From Cyanophora paradoxa CCMP329 (lineage: Eukaryota; Plantae; Glaucophyta): a DNA stretch of 64,000 bases. The DNA is taken from positions 186,001 through 250,000 of the forward strand of contig QPMI01000104.1 in the NCBI GenBank assembly GCA_004431415.1, in the 5' to 3' direction. Below the pieces are notes generated by a model. That model was not told where the DNA came from. It saw nothing but the letters and a program-made list of their open reading frames with translations, and did no database searches. A program made the position numbers and the translations under genes. This document shows positions 11,701 to 25,300 of the stretch, one piece after another (position 1 is the stretch's first letter; each line of letters starts with the position of its first letter).

Positions 11701-14700
11701 TGCTTTGCTCAGCGAACGGCCCGCCGTCGAAGCCGCCGGTGCCGACGAAGGACGACTTCGTGATCTCGACGGAGAAGATCTCCCCGCGGCCCTTCACCCT
11801 CACGATCGGGCTCATCCCCCCCGCCGTCCTCGGCGTCCAGGCCGGCAGCGCCGAGGAGTCGTCCCTCATCTGCTCCCTCTGGCAGAACATGGCGATCACG
11901 CCGGGCTCAACCCCCAAGTGGCTGGTCCGCGATATACACCGAATAATTATAAAGCCTGCAAATGAATATTAGATTCCGCGTCCGGCTTTTATTTGTCTCA
12001 ATTAACACGCGATTTCACAGCAAGTCACAGGGTCTGCCTCAACGTATTCCATGCTCAGCAAGGGCCTTCGCCCAGTTCAAGTGCGCCCACATAATAATGA
12101 ATTCGCTTTTCGAGCTCTTATTATTAATATCTGAACAATATTTCAGATGACGACCGACGCTGACGGGATCAAGCTGGTGGCGCCGCGCGTCATGAAGTTC
12201 GCCACTCGATGCGAAAACAAGTTCGGGAAGAGCGAGAGCGACGAAATCGAGTACACGTTCCTCGGTAAGCGCCGTGCCCTTTGATAAGATCACATGAATA
12301 TCTGTACATGTGTATTTGTGAAATTGACGGCGACTGCCTGCCACTCAGACATCAACCCGCCGGCCGTGCCGAATTCGATCACTGTCATCGAGGCGCGGAT
12401 CCGCACCGCGACCATCTCCTTCAAGCCCTGGGGGCGGCAGATCGCTTTCTGCGAGGGCAAAGTCAACGGCAAGGTCGTCTTCACGGTCGACAAGACGAAG
12501 CTCAAGCTCGTCACCGCGCCCTCGACGTACGGCGCAGTGACTGTCGTCGCAACGGATCTGACCCCCGGCACCTCAACCAAGATCATGTGCGTGGATGTGT
12601 GTTCTGATATCAGAAGAACTCTTTTTAATATATTCTCGATCGTTCGGTCCTTTTCAGGATTTCCTGCACGAACGAGAACGGCCAAACTGGCCCCGAGGGC
12701 ACTAGAATGAGGAAGGTCGACGCTGGAACGGTTCCGGAGGAGTTCCCTTTCATGACCCAGAGTGCGGCAAAATCCAGCGATATCGGTTTCGTTATACGCC
12801 TTCAGAGGTCTCATTATTTTCGTGTTTCGCGCAGAGGCCGACGTCATGAAGGCACCGACAGGGCTCACGCTCGACAACGCGCAGGTCCGGATCCGTTGAT
12901 TGGCATTTTTCTAAACAGAAAAGACAATGCTTTTGAAAAATGCCCCTTTACATGTATATACGCGTGGACACGGATTATAATAAGCTGAACGACGTCGACC
13001 TGCGCAGGCCCAGTACGTGGGCATCTCCTTCGCCCTGCCCGACGGCGGCAGCTGGACGTCTGATACCGGCAAGGCCGTCTCCGTCCCCTGTGCGTCTTTA
13101 CGTTCTGTATCGCTATTAACTTCATGCGCTCACTGAGTCAATGCGCTTCTATCTGATCGCAATCGCCTTCGCCTTCGCTGCTGCGCAGACAAGACCTGTG
13201 TCATTACGGCCAAGTCCGCCACGGACGCGTCGCCCCGGCCCGCCGGGTCGCTCGAAATTCCGGCGGGGTCCGCGATCGGCACCAAATTCCCCCTCCTCAC
13301 CCTCGTCTCCCAGTACGAGGTGCGAGCCTGAAAGCGATGCAGCGCTTCGAATATTGGTTCACAAATGCGATTAATTCCGCTTTTCGACGCCGCCAGCTCA
13401 AGCCCAACACGGACTACACGCTGGAGGTGTTCTGCAAGAGCGACGAGGGCGACGGACCGAAGGCTACTCTCGCCGTCAAGACGCTCGACTCGAGTGCGTC
13501 CGAATCTCTAACGTTCACATGATTACTGTTTCCCGCGGCGGATTTACGAGAGATCGGCAGAGGTTCTTCTGAACACCGCGAACCCGCTCCTGCAGAACCT
13601 CAAGCAGAGTGCCGACGGCACGCTGGTTTCCTCGACCCCGGTCTCGTCCGGGCCTGTGTGCACTCCCACCCGGTGCGCCCGATGTCTCGTAGATACGTTT
13701 TTAATTTGGTTCCATCGCTGATCAGCGATATCGATGGAACCAGGGCGGAGCCTTACAAGTGCGTCGGCGGGGCAACGGTGGAGACCTACGAAGTCAGCAG
13801 TGCGTACTTTTTGATCATGAAGCACTGATCAAATCGAACTCCTCCTTGATCCCGTCTCCGACACTTGATATCGTGCTCGCTCGCTCGCTCACACACGTCA
13901 CGCACGCAGTGCCTTTCACGATCGTACCGGAGACCACGCGCCACCTGCACGCGCGCGCCCTGCTCCAGCCTAAGAGGAAGGGCTGCGGGACAAAGAAGTA
14001 CCCGTGCCCGTCGAACGCGGGCAAAGCGAAGAAGAAGAAGCAGCTGTCCGTCGCCGAGATGCGGGCCGCGGATGCGGACTGGGACATGATGTCGAACCTG
14101 GGCCCGGACCTCTCGCCCAGTGACAGGCGCGCGCTGCTCGAGGTCGTGGACGAGGACAGGCGCTCGCGCAGGCTGCTGCAGACCCCTGGCGGCTGGTCCT
14201 GCCGGATCGTCCCGGACTCACGGTGCTGATTTATTATTATAAATTCCGATCTGAATACATTGACGCTCACGTTCGCAATATCAATCGCAGGCCGGGTGTC
14301 GAGGGCAACTTTATTCAGCATTGCCTGTTCAAGTGCGTTGAAATTTCGCAACACTTGGATTCGAAAGGCATGCCGACTGTCGCTGACCGCTTCGATCGAT
14401 ATCAGCAACACCGATGGAAGTGTCGCTGAGGAAACTGAGTACATTTTTGCGGAGGGCAACCGTAAAGTGGTGCGTAGACGTCGAAACAGATATAGTATGC
14501 CCTCGCTATCGTCATCGAACTGGCTATAGATCAGCATGCATATGCATACGGCTGCTCCGAACCGCTGCGCATGCTCTAGTGCTTATTGTGCACTACCGAT
14601 CCCATGTTAACCCTTCGAATGCACTGACATGTGCATGCCCGAATGCGCAGAATGCGGACGGATCATCCACCGTCAGTGCGTCGAAGTCTATCCGGCCAAT

Positions 14701-17365
14701 TGCAAAGTTTATAAATACTTGTTCTTGCCAATGCTGATTCGTTGTTCGCGCCCTCTCCGAATGCAGAGATGCCGAAGGTTTGAACTGCATCTTAAATTTC
14801 ATTCGCAATGGCAATACTTCATCGCCTGATCATGACTCTATTTTCCTGGTCGGCGCAGTCGATGCCTGAGGTCGAGGCTGTGATCAAGGGCGTCGGCGGT
14901 CGCCGCTCGCTCCACGGGCGCGTCCTGCTTCAGACGACCGCCGGCGGCGGCCTGTTCCCCGCTGTGCGTTGCAAATCATGCGTATATATACGTACGCGTC
15001 AGTTGTTGGTGATTGCTAATCGTGACGTATTTCCAAATCTGCAGGGGCAAAACCTTGGGCTTGCGCAATCCAGCGACGCCAGCGGAGAAGAGATGCTCCT
15101 CGGAAACGTGCGTATACTCAACCAAGATCCAGAAAATCTCTATTTAAATGGCCGTGGCTAAAGCGCAATATTTCATCGGCCAGGCGGTTTCGTTCCCCAA
15201 GCCGCCGGCGAACCTCGGAGAGCCCTCGATCGTGCAGCTGGTTCGGACCACGTACCGCTCCATCTCTCTGGAGATCACTCTTTCAAGTGCGCATGTGCTT
15301 TGCATCTCCGTCTCTGTATTTCATGTCTCTGAATCCACGGCGAACAACAGAGAACGATGCGCTGGACACTGTGACTCTGAAGGACTTGCCGATCGGCAAG
15401 GTGCGGCCCCAATAATAATTGAAGCGAGTTTGACGCCGTTCGTGCGCATGCTGTCTGATGCTTTAATTTGCCTCGGAACGCAGTGCTCGCTGCTCATGCG
15501 GGCTGCGGCGGACGAGGCGGGGACCGAGAAGGAAGGTGCGGAGTTCATTATATAGTATTATTCACGATCACGTGCCTCAACGTACTTTTGCAGCGGCGTT
15601 CATGGCGCAGCCGGAGTCTAAGAAGGCGCCCTACGTGCTGACCGCTGACCGCCTCCAGTCGGACACGGAGTACATTTTCTACGCGGTCTGCGAGAACAAG
15701 TACGACGCCAGTAACAGAAGCGCCGCCTTCTCCGCTCGCACCAAGGGTACTCCCTCTGTTTCTAACATTTCTATCCACGTTTCAATCTTTAAATTCGCCT
15801 TCGGCGTGCGTGGCCGTGCTTCGGCGAGCTTATGATCAATTGTTGCGCAGCGGTCGCGGCGGCCCCCGACCTCGACGGCATCGCCAGCAGCAACGAGGAC
15901 GGCACCTTCCGCGCGACCCGCCCGCTGGCGCGCCTGCTGCCCAGGTCCAAGGGCCGCCCGGCCTCCCCGGTCAAGGTGACCATCAACGGCACCTTCGCAT
16001 CGCTGCCGACGGTTCGCGAGCCGCGCGCCGCGAGCGCTTTCGAATTCTGAACGGTTATGTACTGCGGACAGGTCCTGGTTGGCCGGTTCAACGCGAACGG
16101 CACGTCGACGGACGGCTCCGCGGGCGTGCCCCTCGCCGCCTCCGTCTTCCCGGTCCCTGACGCCTCCGACGAGACGAACCCGATCGTCGGCACCTCGCTC
16201 ACCTTCGGTGCCTATTCGTTTATATATTATTTGATGTTAAGAGGACATCTTAATTAACGACGCGGCGCCAGAAATTCCCGCGACGCCGCCTGGCGTCTCG
16301 TCCGCGGGCGGGCGCAGGCTCCTCGCGCTTGAGACCGGCACGTCGTACGGCATCAAGATCGCCGCGGGCGACGACGTCATCGTGATCTCGGACGTGCGTT
16401 CCGATTTCGCGTGACCCTGCCAGGCTGCCTAATTATATATATATGAGCCGCGTCCTGAGCCGAGGCGCCGCGCGCGCGCTGCGCGCAGGCGGTGCAATGG
16501 GACGCGTCGGCCTCGATCAACACGACCGAGCTGGGCGTCGTCTGCACGTTCAACGCGACGGCGTCCGGCGTTGCCGTGCGCACGTGCGCGCGCGCCTCCA
16601 ACGCGTCCGTCGTCACCGTCCCCTCCACCGCCGTCGCGGGCCGCCTGTCCCTCCTCCTGTCGGGCACGTTCTCGGCCGCCCCGTCCAAGGTGAGCCGCTA
16701 GCGCTGCCCGTCCAAGATGAGTGTCGACGTCGACGTCGACGCCAGCTTTGGATTCTTCATCATTATATATATAACACGCTCGCGCGCGCCGCAGATCTGG
16801 CTCGGGCGCTTCGACGCCGAGGGCAACGTCATCTGCGCCGTCGAAGCGAGCGACATCGCCCTCGAGGCCTCCGGCGTCCGCTTCTGTGCGCGCGCGGCTT
16901 CCGTTTTGTAAATTCAGCCTCTGACTGCGTCGGCCCGCAGCGACAACGAACGCGGTCCCGACGACGGCGTGCTCCCGCCGCGCGGCGGCGCGCAGCCTGC
17001 TGCTCGCCCCCGACACGACGTACGACCTGCTCGCGCTCCAGGACGACGGCGAGCGCACCATCGTCAAGAACGTGCGCGCGCTGATTATATAGGGGCTCGA
17101 ATATCTAGATCTGCGCCGCCAGAATTCATTCTTAAGCGTCCCACGCATGTCGTTCGAGCATTTCGATATCGATATCAGTCTTCTGACGCGCGATTGTGGG
17201 CGTGCGCAGTTCATCACTTGGAACAAGAAGGCGTTCAACGCCCCGCCGGCGGCCCTGTGGGCCAGCTCGGCCAGCGGGGGCGCCTCCGCCAGCGCCTGGT
17301 CGCTCCTCATTGCCGCAGCTGTCGCCGCGGCGCCGGCAGTTTTCCGCGGCCGCACCCTGCTTTAA
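5775..17365 (+). CDS. Large secreted/cell-surface protein: signal peptide, LamG/ConA-like domain, Pro/Ser linker, multiple FN3-like repeats, GPI-like C-terminus (multi-exon)
   Basis: N-terminus MRLEHR...ALLVILVSCAAVAVVSGQ. LamG-like segments TWQHIVIAY, VWVNG, FQLYKAELTETEVLQIY, YYKFNEGSGSVAIDHSGRGLNGT. FN3-like segments LSGLTQSTTYE|FYVACSNSAGKG, LTPGTSTK, LKPNTDYTLEV, LQSDTEYIFYAVCENKY. Ends SASGGASASAWSLLIAAAVAAAPAVFRGRTLL*. Confidence 0.8.
8205..8581 (+). repeat. 5' LTR
   Basis: TGTGCCGCCC...CTCAGCGCA, repeated at 11183-11559. Confidence 0.92.
8582..8595 (+). promoter_or_regulatory. Putative primer-binding site (tRNA-Pro-like TGGGGGCT)
   Basis: Immediately follows the 5' LTR. The first 8 nt match the known tRNA-Pro PBS start TGGGGGCT. 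Confidence 0.55.
11183..11559 (+). repeat. 3' LTR
   Basis: Copy of 8205-8581, followed by TSD CTAT. Confidence 0.92.
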
Positions 17366-17980
17366 ATAAATAGAAACAGATCATAAATAAATTCAAGCAG
17401 CTTAACATTTCCGCATTTTTGTTTTGTTTCTTTGGATGCTAGCTTCTTTGAAATTCGCGCAGTTAGTGATTAGCCTAGTATGCTGTCCACAAGACTGCGG
17501 GCAATAGCTAGCTATATATAGAGCCTCGCCGAGGCATGCACGTGCAGCTTTGATATGTATGCACCCAGTTGTGGACTCGCCGAGTCGCAGGCGTGCAGCA
17601 TGCCATGATGCGCAGTGCATGCGTATGCGCATGCGCAGCCTTTTCGCTTCAATTTCGTTTTTTTCGTTTAGAAGTGCTAGGCGCTCTTGTGCAATTGAAC
17701 GCAGTTACCTTAAAAAATACAATTTGCAAAGCCGATCGCATCGATATTGCACCGTACGCGTGGCATGCCCCGGGTTCGGGGGGATCAGCTATATACAAGA
17801 TGCTGATCATGAGCGTATATACGTAATTCGAATTCCCCCTTCTCCCACCCCCTTTCCCCCTTAACCCGGCCCTTTTCACCACCCCCGTCACCCTTCGAAT
17901 TCCGGCCACCCCGCGACCCCTCCCCCTTCGAGAGCTCAAGCATAGACTTTCTAACCCCCCCCCCTCCCCCCCCCACCACC

Positions 17981-18358
17981 CACGTGCACACCCCCAGCCC
18001 TTCAGAATTCAGCTTCGAGTTCCCGACGCGGGCACCAATCATTTACAAGTGCAGGTATCGATTGGTAAGGCTTCGTTCCGATTGCGAGTAACCCGACTCG
18101 GCTGGGCGCCGGCGACGCCGCGACGGTCACCGCAGCTCCGAATCGAATCGACGCGCCGCGCGGGCGGCCCACGTGCACATCCCCGGCCCTTCAGAATTCA
18201 GCTTCGAGTTCCCGACGCGGGCACCAATCATTTACAAGTGCAGGTATCGATTGGTAAGGCTTCGTTCCGATTGCGAGTAACCCGACTCGGCTGGGCGCCG
18301 GCGACGCCGCGACGGTCACCGCAGCTCCGAATCGAATCGACGCGCCGCGCGGGCGGCC
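17981..18358 (+). repeat. 189-bp tandem duplication (2 copies)
   Basis: Units start at CACGTGCACA 17981 and 18170 and are near-identical. Confidence 0.9.
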
Positions 18359-18369
18359 GCGGGTGGCCT

Positions 18370-18660
18370 CGAGCTCGCGATCGCGCGACGAATCGGTACG
18401 CCGCCTCTCGCTTCCTCCTTCTCTTCCGCGTGCGCTATCCGTCTGGCCATGAATGTGGCCGTGAGGTGGCCCCCCCCCCCCCCCCCCCCCTCCCCCCCCC
18501 AGCCCCTCCGACTCCTCCTCGCGATCGCGCGCTTCACGCGGCGGCGACCTCGTCGAAGCCCGACTCGAGCCTCCGCCTCCGCCGCCGTCTCCGCCGCCGC
18601 CAGCGCCTCCGCCTCGCCCGCGGGGCGGACGGCGTAGTCGGCGCCGGCGCCGACGGCCGC
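18370..18660 (-). pseudogene. Inverted, diverged copy of the 3' end of the gene at 27997-33632
   Basis: The reverse complement reads ...GAGGCGCTGGCGGCGG...GAGTCGGGCTTCGACGAGGTCGCCGCCGCGTGA (ESGFDEVAAA*). The gene end at 33599-33632 reads GAGTCGGGCTTCGACGAGGCCCCCGCCGCGTGA (ESGFDEAPAA*). Similarity extends into the upstream and 3'-UTR flanks. Confidence 0.75.
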
Positions 18661-19348
18661 GCGCGGCGCACAGCGGATGCCCAAGAAGATCTAGAAGCCA
18701 TGCCTGTGACGCGCGCGCTCGCGATCGAGGGGAATGGGGCGGGACCGGCCTGGGCTCGGGCTTTCACGCACGTGCACGGCCGTTCCGTCACTGGGATGAA
18801 GAAGACCCGATCCGATCTCACGGCTGATCATCACGGCGCGCGCGCGCGCTGATCATCGGATCATCGAATCATCACGGCGACGGGCGATTCTCAGAGTCTA
18901 GCTGCATGCGCGCGCGCGCAGCTGCCGCGGCCATGATGCTCCCCCAGCTGCCGCGGCCGATCCCGGATCGTAGCTAGGCTGCATGGCCCAGCTGCATGGC
19001 CGGGCCGCCGCCGCCCGCCGGCAGATCGACGTCGACGCGACGCAGCTCCCGTGAGTCAGACTGGGTACGGGATTGATGGCGCAATCCTCCCCCCCTCTGC
19101 GCCATTGACCCTGATAGCGTGCTCCTCCCGGTCGCGAATGCATAACGTCGCGGTTATCGCCGGCATGCGTACGAATCCAGCCGCGACGACATTCTCGTGC
19201 GCTCTATCACGCACACTGTGCGGCACACACACGCGCGCAGCTCACATCGGTATCAGCGCTCCGCGCCAACAAGCAAACCAGCGGCTCGGCGCTAGCAGGC
19301 CAGCGATACTCAGGACAGGACAGCACAGCGACCTGTGCGGTCATAGCG

Positions 19349-22300
19349 ATGCAGAGCGCGGGCGGAGAGCTCGAGGGCGCCCACGCGCACGAGCCAGACG
19401 GCCCTGCGCACGTTCGGCTGCGAGGGCCCATCCTGGATGACGACGTCAAGGTCCACGTTGTAGATCTGAAAGGTGCGCATGCATGCGCCACGCGAACGCG
19501 GACCTCGCCCCTTCTTTCACGCTGACGGGGGGCGCCTGCGCAGGCTCGGGCAGCGAAAGCCCAAGCGGCTCGAGTGGGGAAAGCTCGCCGCGCGCCAGCG
19601 GCGCGTCCGCGCCCTTTGCGGACGCGAAGCTCTTCCACGCTGTCTCCCTCGACCACGCGGGCTCCCTCCCCCCCAAGTACGACCCGCGGCGGTTCTCCCT
19701 CGTGGCAGAGGCCGCGCGCCGCCTGAGGAGCGCGGGATTCGACCACGGGAGGAGCTACCTCACTTTTCGGAACGTCTCCTTCAGCATCAAGGCCTCGAAG
19801 GCCTCCCGCGAGACGCGCACACTCGCCAGCGCGGTGCGCGCGCGCGCGCGCGCGCGCCCAGCGCCCCCGGCGCGCCGATGGCCAGGATCTGATCTGACAC
19901 GCGCGTCCCCACCAGTTCGGAAACCCGTTTCGGAGGGCCGAGAAGCGCACGGTCGACGTGCTCAAGAACGTGACGGGATGCGTGGTCCCGGGCTCGGCCA
20001 CGCTGCTCCTCGGCGGGCCGCGCTCTGGAAAGGCAGGCGCCGCCCGCCCACGCCTCGGCCTCCTCCGCTCTTACGCCGCGCCGCGACCGCTCGCAGACAA
20101 CGCTGCTCAAGATCCTGGCGCGGCAGACGGCCGATCTGAGCGAGGGCACGATCTCGGGCGAGGCGAGCGCGCGTACCCCGGGCGGGCGCCCGTCCTGTAC
20201 CCCCGCCTTCTCCTGACGAATCCGGACCCTGCAGATCCTTTTGAACGGGGAGAAGCCGGACCGCGCCTACCAGCGCCGCGTCGCGCTGGTTGAGCAGTCG
20301 GACGAGCACTACCGTGCGCGTACCCCCCCTCCGAACCGTACCCGCCCGCCCGCGTTGGACCCACGTACACCCCGCGCAGCGCTCCTGACGGTGCGGGAGG
20401 CGATGGAGTTCTCCGCGCGGCTGCGGGCGCCCCGCGAGATGAGTCACGAGCAGGTCTCCGACAAGGTGCGGTACCCCCCTCCCTCCTCCTCTCCAAGCTA
20501 TCTTTGGCGCCGAAGCGAGCGGGCCCGCAGGTTACGACGGTCCTGAAGAGCCTCAACCTCTCCCACGTTGCGGACACGATCGTGCGCGCCTGTACCCCAT
20601 CCCACCTCCCTTCTTCTTCTCGCTGTTTCTGACCCGGTACCCCCTTCTCCTTTCAGGTGGGCAACCAGGCCGTCCGCGGCATCTCGGGCGGCGAGCGGCG
20701 GCGCCTCACCGTCGGCCTCGAGGGCGTCGCGAGCGGCAAGAGCGCCGTCCTCATGGACCAGGCCTCGGACGGTGCCGTACCGTACCCCCCCGCCGCTTCC
20801 CCCCCCTCGTCACGCTCTCCCCTTCAGGCCTGGACGCGACAGCGACGCTGGACCTCTGCCGCGCGCTGCGGACGCTCGCGGACGAGGGCGTCGCCGTCCT
20901 CGCGTGCCTCCTCCAGCCCTCCTGGGAGGCCTTCTGCTGCTTCGGTCCGATCCCATCCGATCGATCCATCCGATCTAAAGTTCCGATCTGATCTGATCCG
21001 ATATGAGCGCAGACCAGCTGATGATGCTGGCGGGCGGGCGCGTCGTCTACCAGGGCCCGGCGCAGGAGGCCGTTCGGTACTTCTGCCACATGGGCTACCG
21101 CCGCCCGCACGGCATGCCCCCCCAGGTAAACTGGAAGGAAACCGAAGATCAGATCAGAGCAGATCTGATCCGACTGTTCACGCAGGACTTCCTGCAGTGG
21201 GTCACGGAGAAGCCGGGGGAGGAGTTCTGGCACGGCAAGGGCCCCGCGCCGACCCCCGCCCAGCTCGCCGACGCGTGCGTCCCTTAGAAGCTTAGAAGCT
21301 TAGAAGCTTAGCGCCCAGCTAAGAAGAAGCTTAGAAGGCCTTAGAAGAGAAGAAGAAGCTTCATCTAAGACGGCGCCGCCTTATCTGAAGGCGGCCTCAG
21401 CTTCGCGGCGTCGGAGGAGGCGCGGCGGGTGGAGGCGGCCGTGGGCGAGGCGCTCGCCGAGGGACGCGCGCTGGCGGAGCCGCCGGCGCCGCTGCGGGGC
21501 GAGTACGCGCAGCCGTTCTGGTTCCAGTTCTGGATGAACTACGTCCGCTTCTCCAAGCTGCTGGTGAGGGACAAGGCGCCCAACATCGGCCGCTTCGTCA
21601 TGCAGATGGCGCGTACCCCCTCCTTCTCCCCCCCTTCTTTCTCGCTCTGATTTCAGCTATTAGGTTTTTATGGCGTTCATCACGGGTACGCTGTACGTCT
21701 CCTCGTCGGACACGTACCGGGGGGCCATGAACCGCGTCGCCTTCCTCCAGGTACCCCCCCCCCTCCCCCCGCCCGCCCCCGCAGCCCCACACGTACCCCC
21801 GATCGATCCCGAACCCCCCCCTCCTCTCAGGCGGCGGCGCTGGGCTTTGGCTTCGCCGCCCTCTCAAAGATCGAGCGCTTCTTCAACGACCGGGCCATGC
21901 TCTACAAGGTCCCACATTCCTTCTTATTTATCTCATCAAGATGACAACATAGAAACATAAACATAGGTCCCACATTCCTTCTTTCCTCATTATTTCCAAC
22001 ATTCCTTCTTATCTCATCAATAATAACATAAGAACGTACTAACCCTTCTTCTTCCTTAGGAGGACGCGGACCGCTACTACCGCCCGGCCGCGTGGTTCCT
22101 CGCCATCGTCCTCGCCGACGTGCCCCGCCTCTTCCTCGAGGTCCTCGTCTAGTGCGCTCAGATCTGATCTGATCGGATCGGATCATGTCAGATTTGATCT
22201 GACCTTCCGTCCTCTCCGCGCAGCGCGTTCATAACGTACTGGACGGTCGGACTGCAGAGCGTCTCCAGCAGCGTCCGATTCGGGAAGTACATTCTCGGTG

Positions 22301-25300
22301 CGCGTACCCCCCACCTCGTCATCCCCCTCCTGCTTACCTTCCGCGCGTACTCTGACGTTGACGCGTCGCAGCTCTCTTCTCGATGACGATGACGGCGGAC
22401 GCCACGGTCCTGTGCGGCCCCTTTGCATTTCTGTTCACATGCATATGGAGCTTTCCTTATCGTTTGCTTACTTTTTGCGAACGAAGGGCCATATCGGCGT
22501 GGAACCCGACCCTTACCATCGGCGCCATCTTCGGTGCGGTAGCCCCCCCCCCCTTGACCCGCGAGAGATTCTCCGCGTACCCCTCGGCGCCTAACCCCCC
22601 GCACCTGCAGCGTCCATCGTACCCGCCATTCTCCTGCTCTTCAACGGATTCCTCGTACCCCGCGAGAAGATCCCCAAGCGTGCGCAACCCCTCCCCCTTT
22701 CTACCCCCCGCCCTCTTCCCTCTCTGATCTGCTATACCCAACTCAGCGTGGATTTGGGTGCACTACCTGACCTTCTACCGGTACCCCCACGAGGCCCTCT
22801 GCATCAACGAGCTCCACGACCTGAAGCTTAGAGATACCCCCGAGGGTGGCGCCGCCGTCCTGAACATGGTGCGCCCGTACCCCCGGGACCTGCTCCCCCG
22901 CCCCCCTCCGACGTCCCGGGGGGTACGCAGTTTGACATGCACACGGACCCCGACTGGTACTGGTACTGCGAGCTGGTACGCCACCCACTAGCCGAGCTCC
23001 GCTGCAGGCTTAAGCGCACCGCTGAGCCCGCCCTCGTCGCAGATCATGCTGGGCCAGTGGGTCGCGTACGCCTCGCTGGCGGCCCTGGGGTACGGCTTCA
23101 AGCGCTGGCGCAAGCAGTACGTGACCCCCGAGGACGCCGGCTCCGCGGGCGGCGCCGCCACCGTCGACGTCGTCGGCGGAGTCGACGACGGGTCCGCCGA
23201 GGGCGGCGCCGGTGCGGGGCTCGACCTCCCTGCCTGCCTCCCCGCCTTTCCGCCTTCTCTTTCGTTCTCTGAAGGGCCGCAGCAGACAACAACGACAACG
23301 GCAGCGGCAGCAAGGGCCACTTCTCGCCGCCTCGGGCCCTTCTCACCTTCAAGAACCTGTCCTACAGGTGCCGCCCCCTCCATCGATCGCCTCGCGCCGT
23401 ACCCCTCCTGATCGCGAGCCCCACCCCGCGCAGCGTGCCGGACCCGAACGACAAGAAGCAGACGAAGACGCTCCTGAACGGCGTGACGGGGTACTGCCGC
23501 TCCGGGGACCTCGTCGCTGTGCGGCCGCACCCCCCCCACCCTTTCCCCCCCCCCCTCCACCCCACTGACAACCCCTCTCCGACGTACAGCTCATGGGGCC
23601 CAGCGGGGGCGGCAAGACGTGCGCCGCCGCGCTCCCCTACCCCTCCCCCCTCCTCCCCCTCCCCCCAACTCGCCTCCAGGACGCTTCTCGACGTGCTGGC
23701 GGACCGGAAGACGGGCGGCTCGGTCGAGGGCGACCTGCTCGTCAACAAGAGGCCCCGGGACCGCACCTTCCTCCGCATGTCCGGCTACGTCGAGCAGGTG
23801 TGCCCGGCCCGCCTTTGCTTTGGCTCTGAGGCGCGCCCGAGTGAGTTCTGATCTACGCACCCGCTTGCCCCCCCAGTTTGACCTGCTCTTCTCGACCATG
23901 GTGCGAAGCATGCTCCTCGTGCTCCTCGCGCCTTCTGAGCCGGCGCTCCCCCTCCCGCCCCTCAGACGATCCGCGAGGCGATCCAGACGTCGGCGACCCT
24001 GCGGCTCGACGAGTCCGTCCCCCACGAGGAGAAGCTCCGGTGCGGCGCAGCCTTCTCCTCCTCGACCCTCTTCTCTTAGCTCCTTCGCTCGCAGCGCCGT
24101 GGAGGCCGCCATTGACGCCCTCCACCTGCGCAAGCACGCCGGCGAGGCGCGCCCTTTCCTCCCTCCACCTCGGAGCCTGTCCTCTCATTTGTCGCAGGTG
24201 ATCGGGACGCTGGCGGCCGGCGGCATCTCGGTGGCGATGCGCAAGCGCGTCTGCATCGCCATGGAGCTCGTGCCCCGCCCCTCCCTCCTCTTCCTCGGTG
24301 CCCTCCCGCCCGCCCCTCCGCTTCTCCTCTACCCCTCTGACGCCGCCTGCGCCATACAGACGAGCCGACGACGGGCCTGGACGCGGCGAGCGCGCTGCAG
24401 ATCGTGACGCTGCTGCGCGAGCTGGCGGGCAAGGGCCAGGCCATCATCTGCACGATCCACCAGGTCCGATCTCGCGCCTCCGCGTGTCCGCGCGCCCGCG
24501 TGTCTGCGCCCGCGCCGCGTCCGACCCTAGGCCTCCGCGCAGCCGTCGGCGGAGATCTTCCGGAAGTTCGACTCGCTGCTGCTCCTCAAGAAGGGCGGCG
24601 AGGTCACCTACTTCGGCAAGGTGCGCCGAATCTCCAAAACAGCTCTAAAGCAGCTCTGATCGCACTGCGTCAGATGGGCGAGGACGCCGACGCCGTCCTC
24701 TCGTACTTCGAGGGCCTCGGCTTCCCCCGCCCCCACTACCGCAACCCGGTGCGTGCGGTGCAGCCGGCCCCGCCTCTCTGCTCCCTTCTTCCTCCTATGT
24801 AGTCATTCCTAACCTCGCTTCCGCCCGCTTCGCCGCCCGCTTCCGGATCCGTCTCTTGTTTCGATGCCGTCCCTCCTAACTCCACTCCGCCCTGCCAGGC
24901 CGACCACGTGCTCGACGTGGTCATGGGCAAGCAGACACCGGCGGGGGCCGCGGCCGCGGCCGCCCCCGGCGCCGAGCCGGCGCCCCTGGACTTTGCCAAG
25001 GCGTGGCGGGAGAGCAAAGAGGCGGCCCAGCGCGCCGCCGAGCTCGACGAGCTCGTCGCCTCCTACGACATCGGTGAGGAGCGAGAGAAGTTTACGAGAT
25101 AAGCTAGCTTAACTTAAGCTTGGGGGGGGGCGGCAGATGAGGCGCCGTTCAAGCACCGCTCGGCGACGGGCCTGGCATTCCAGACGCGCGCCCTCATGCG
25201 CCGCAAGCTGCGCGAGCTCTGGCGCTCGCCCACCTACGTCCTCGCCAAGATCCTCAGGTGACCTCCCCTAGCCTCTACGTTCGCCCCCTCTCTTCCTTCC

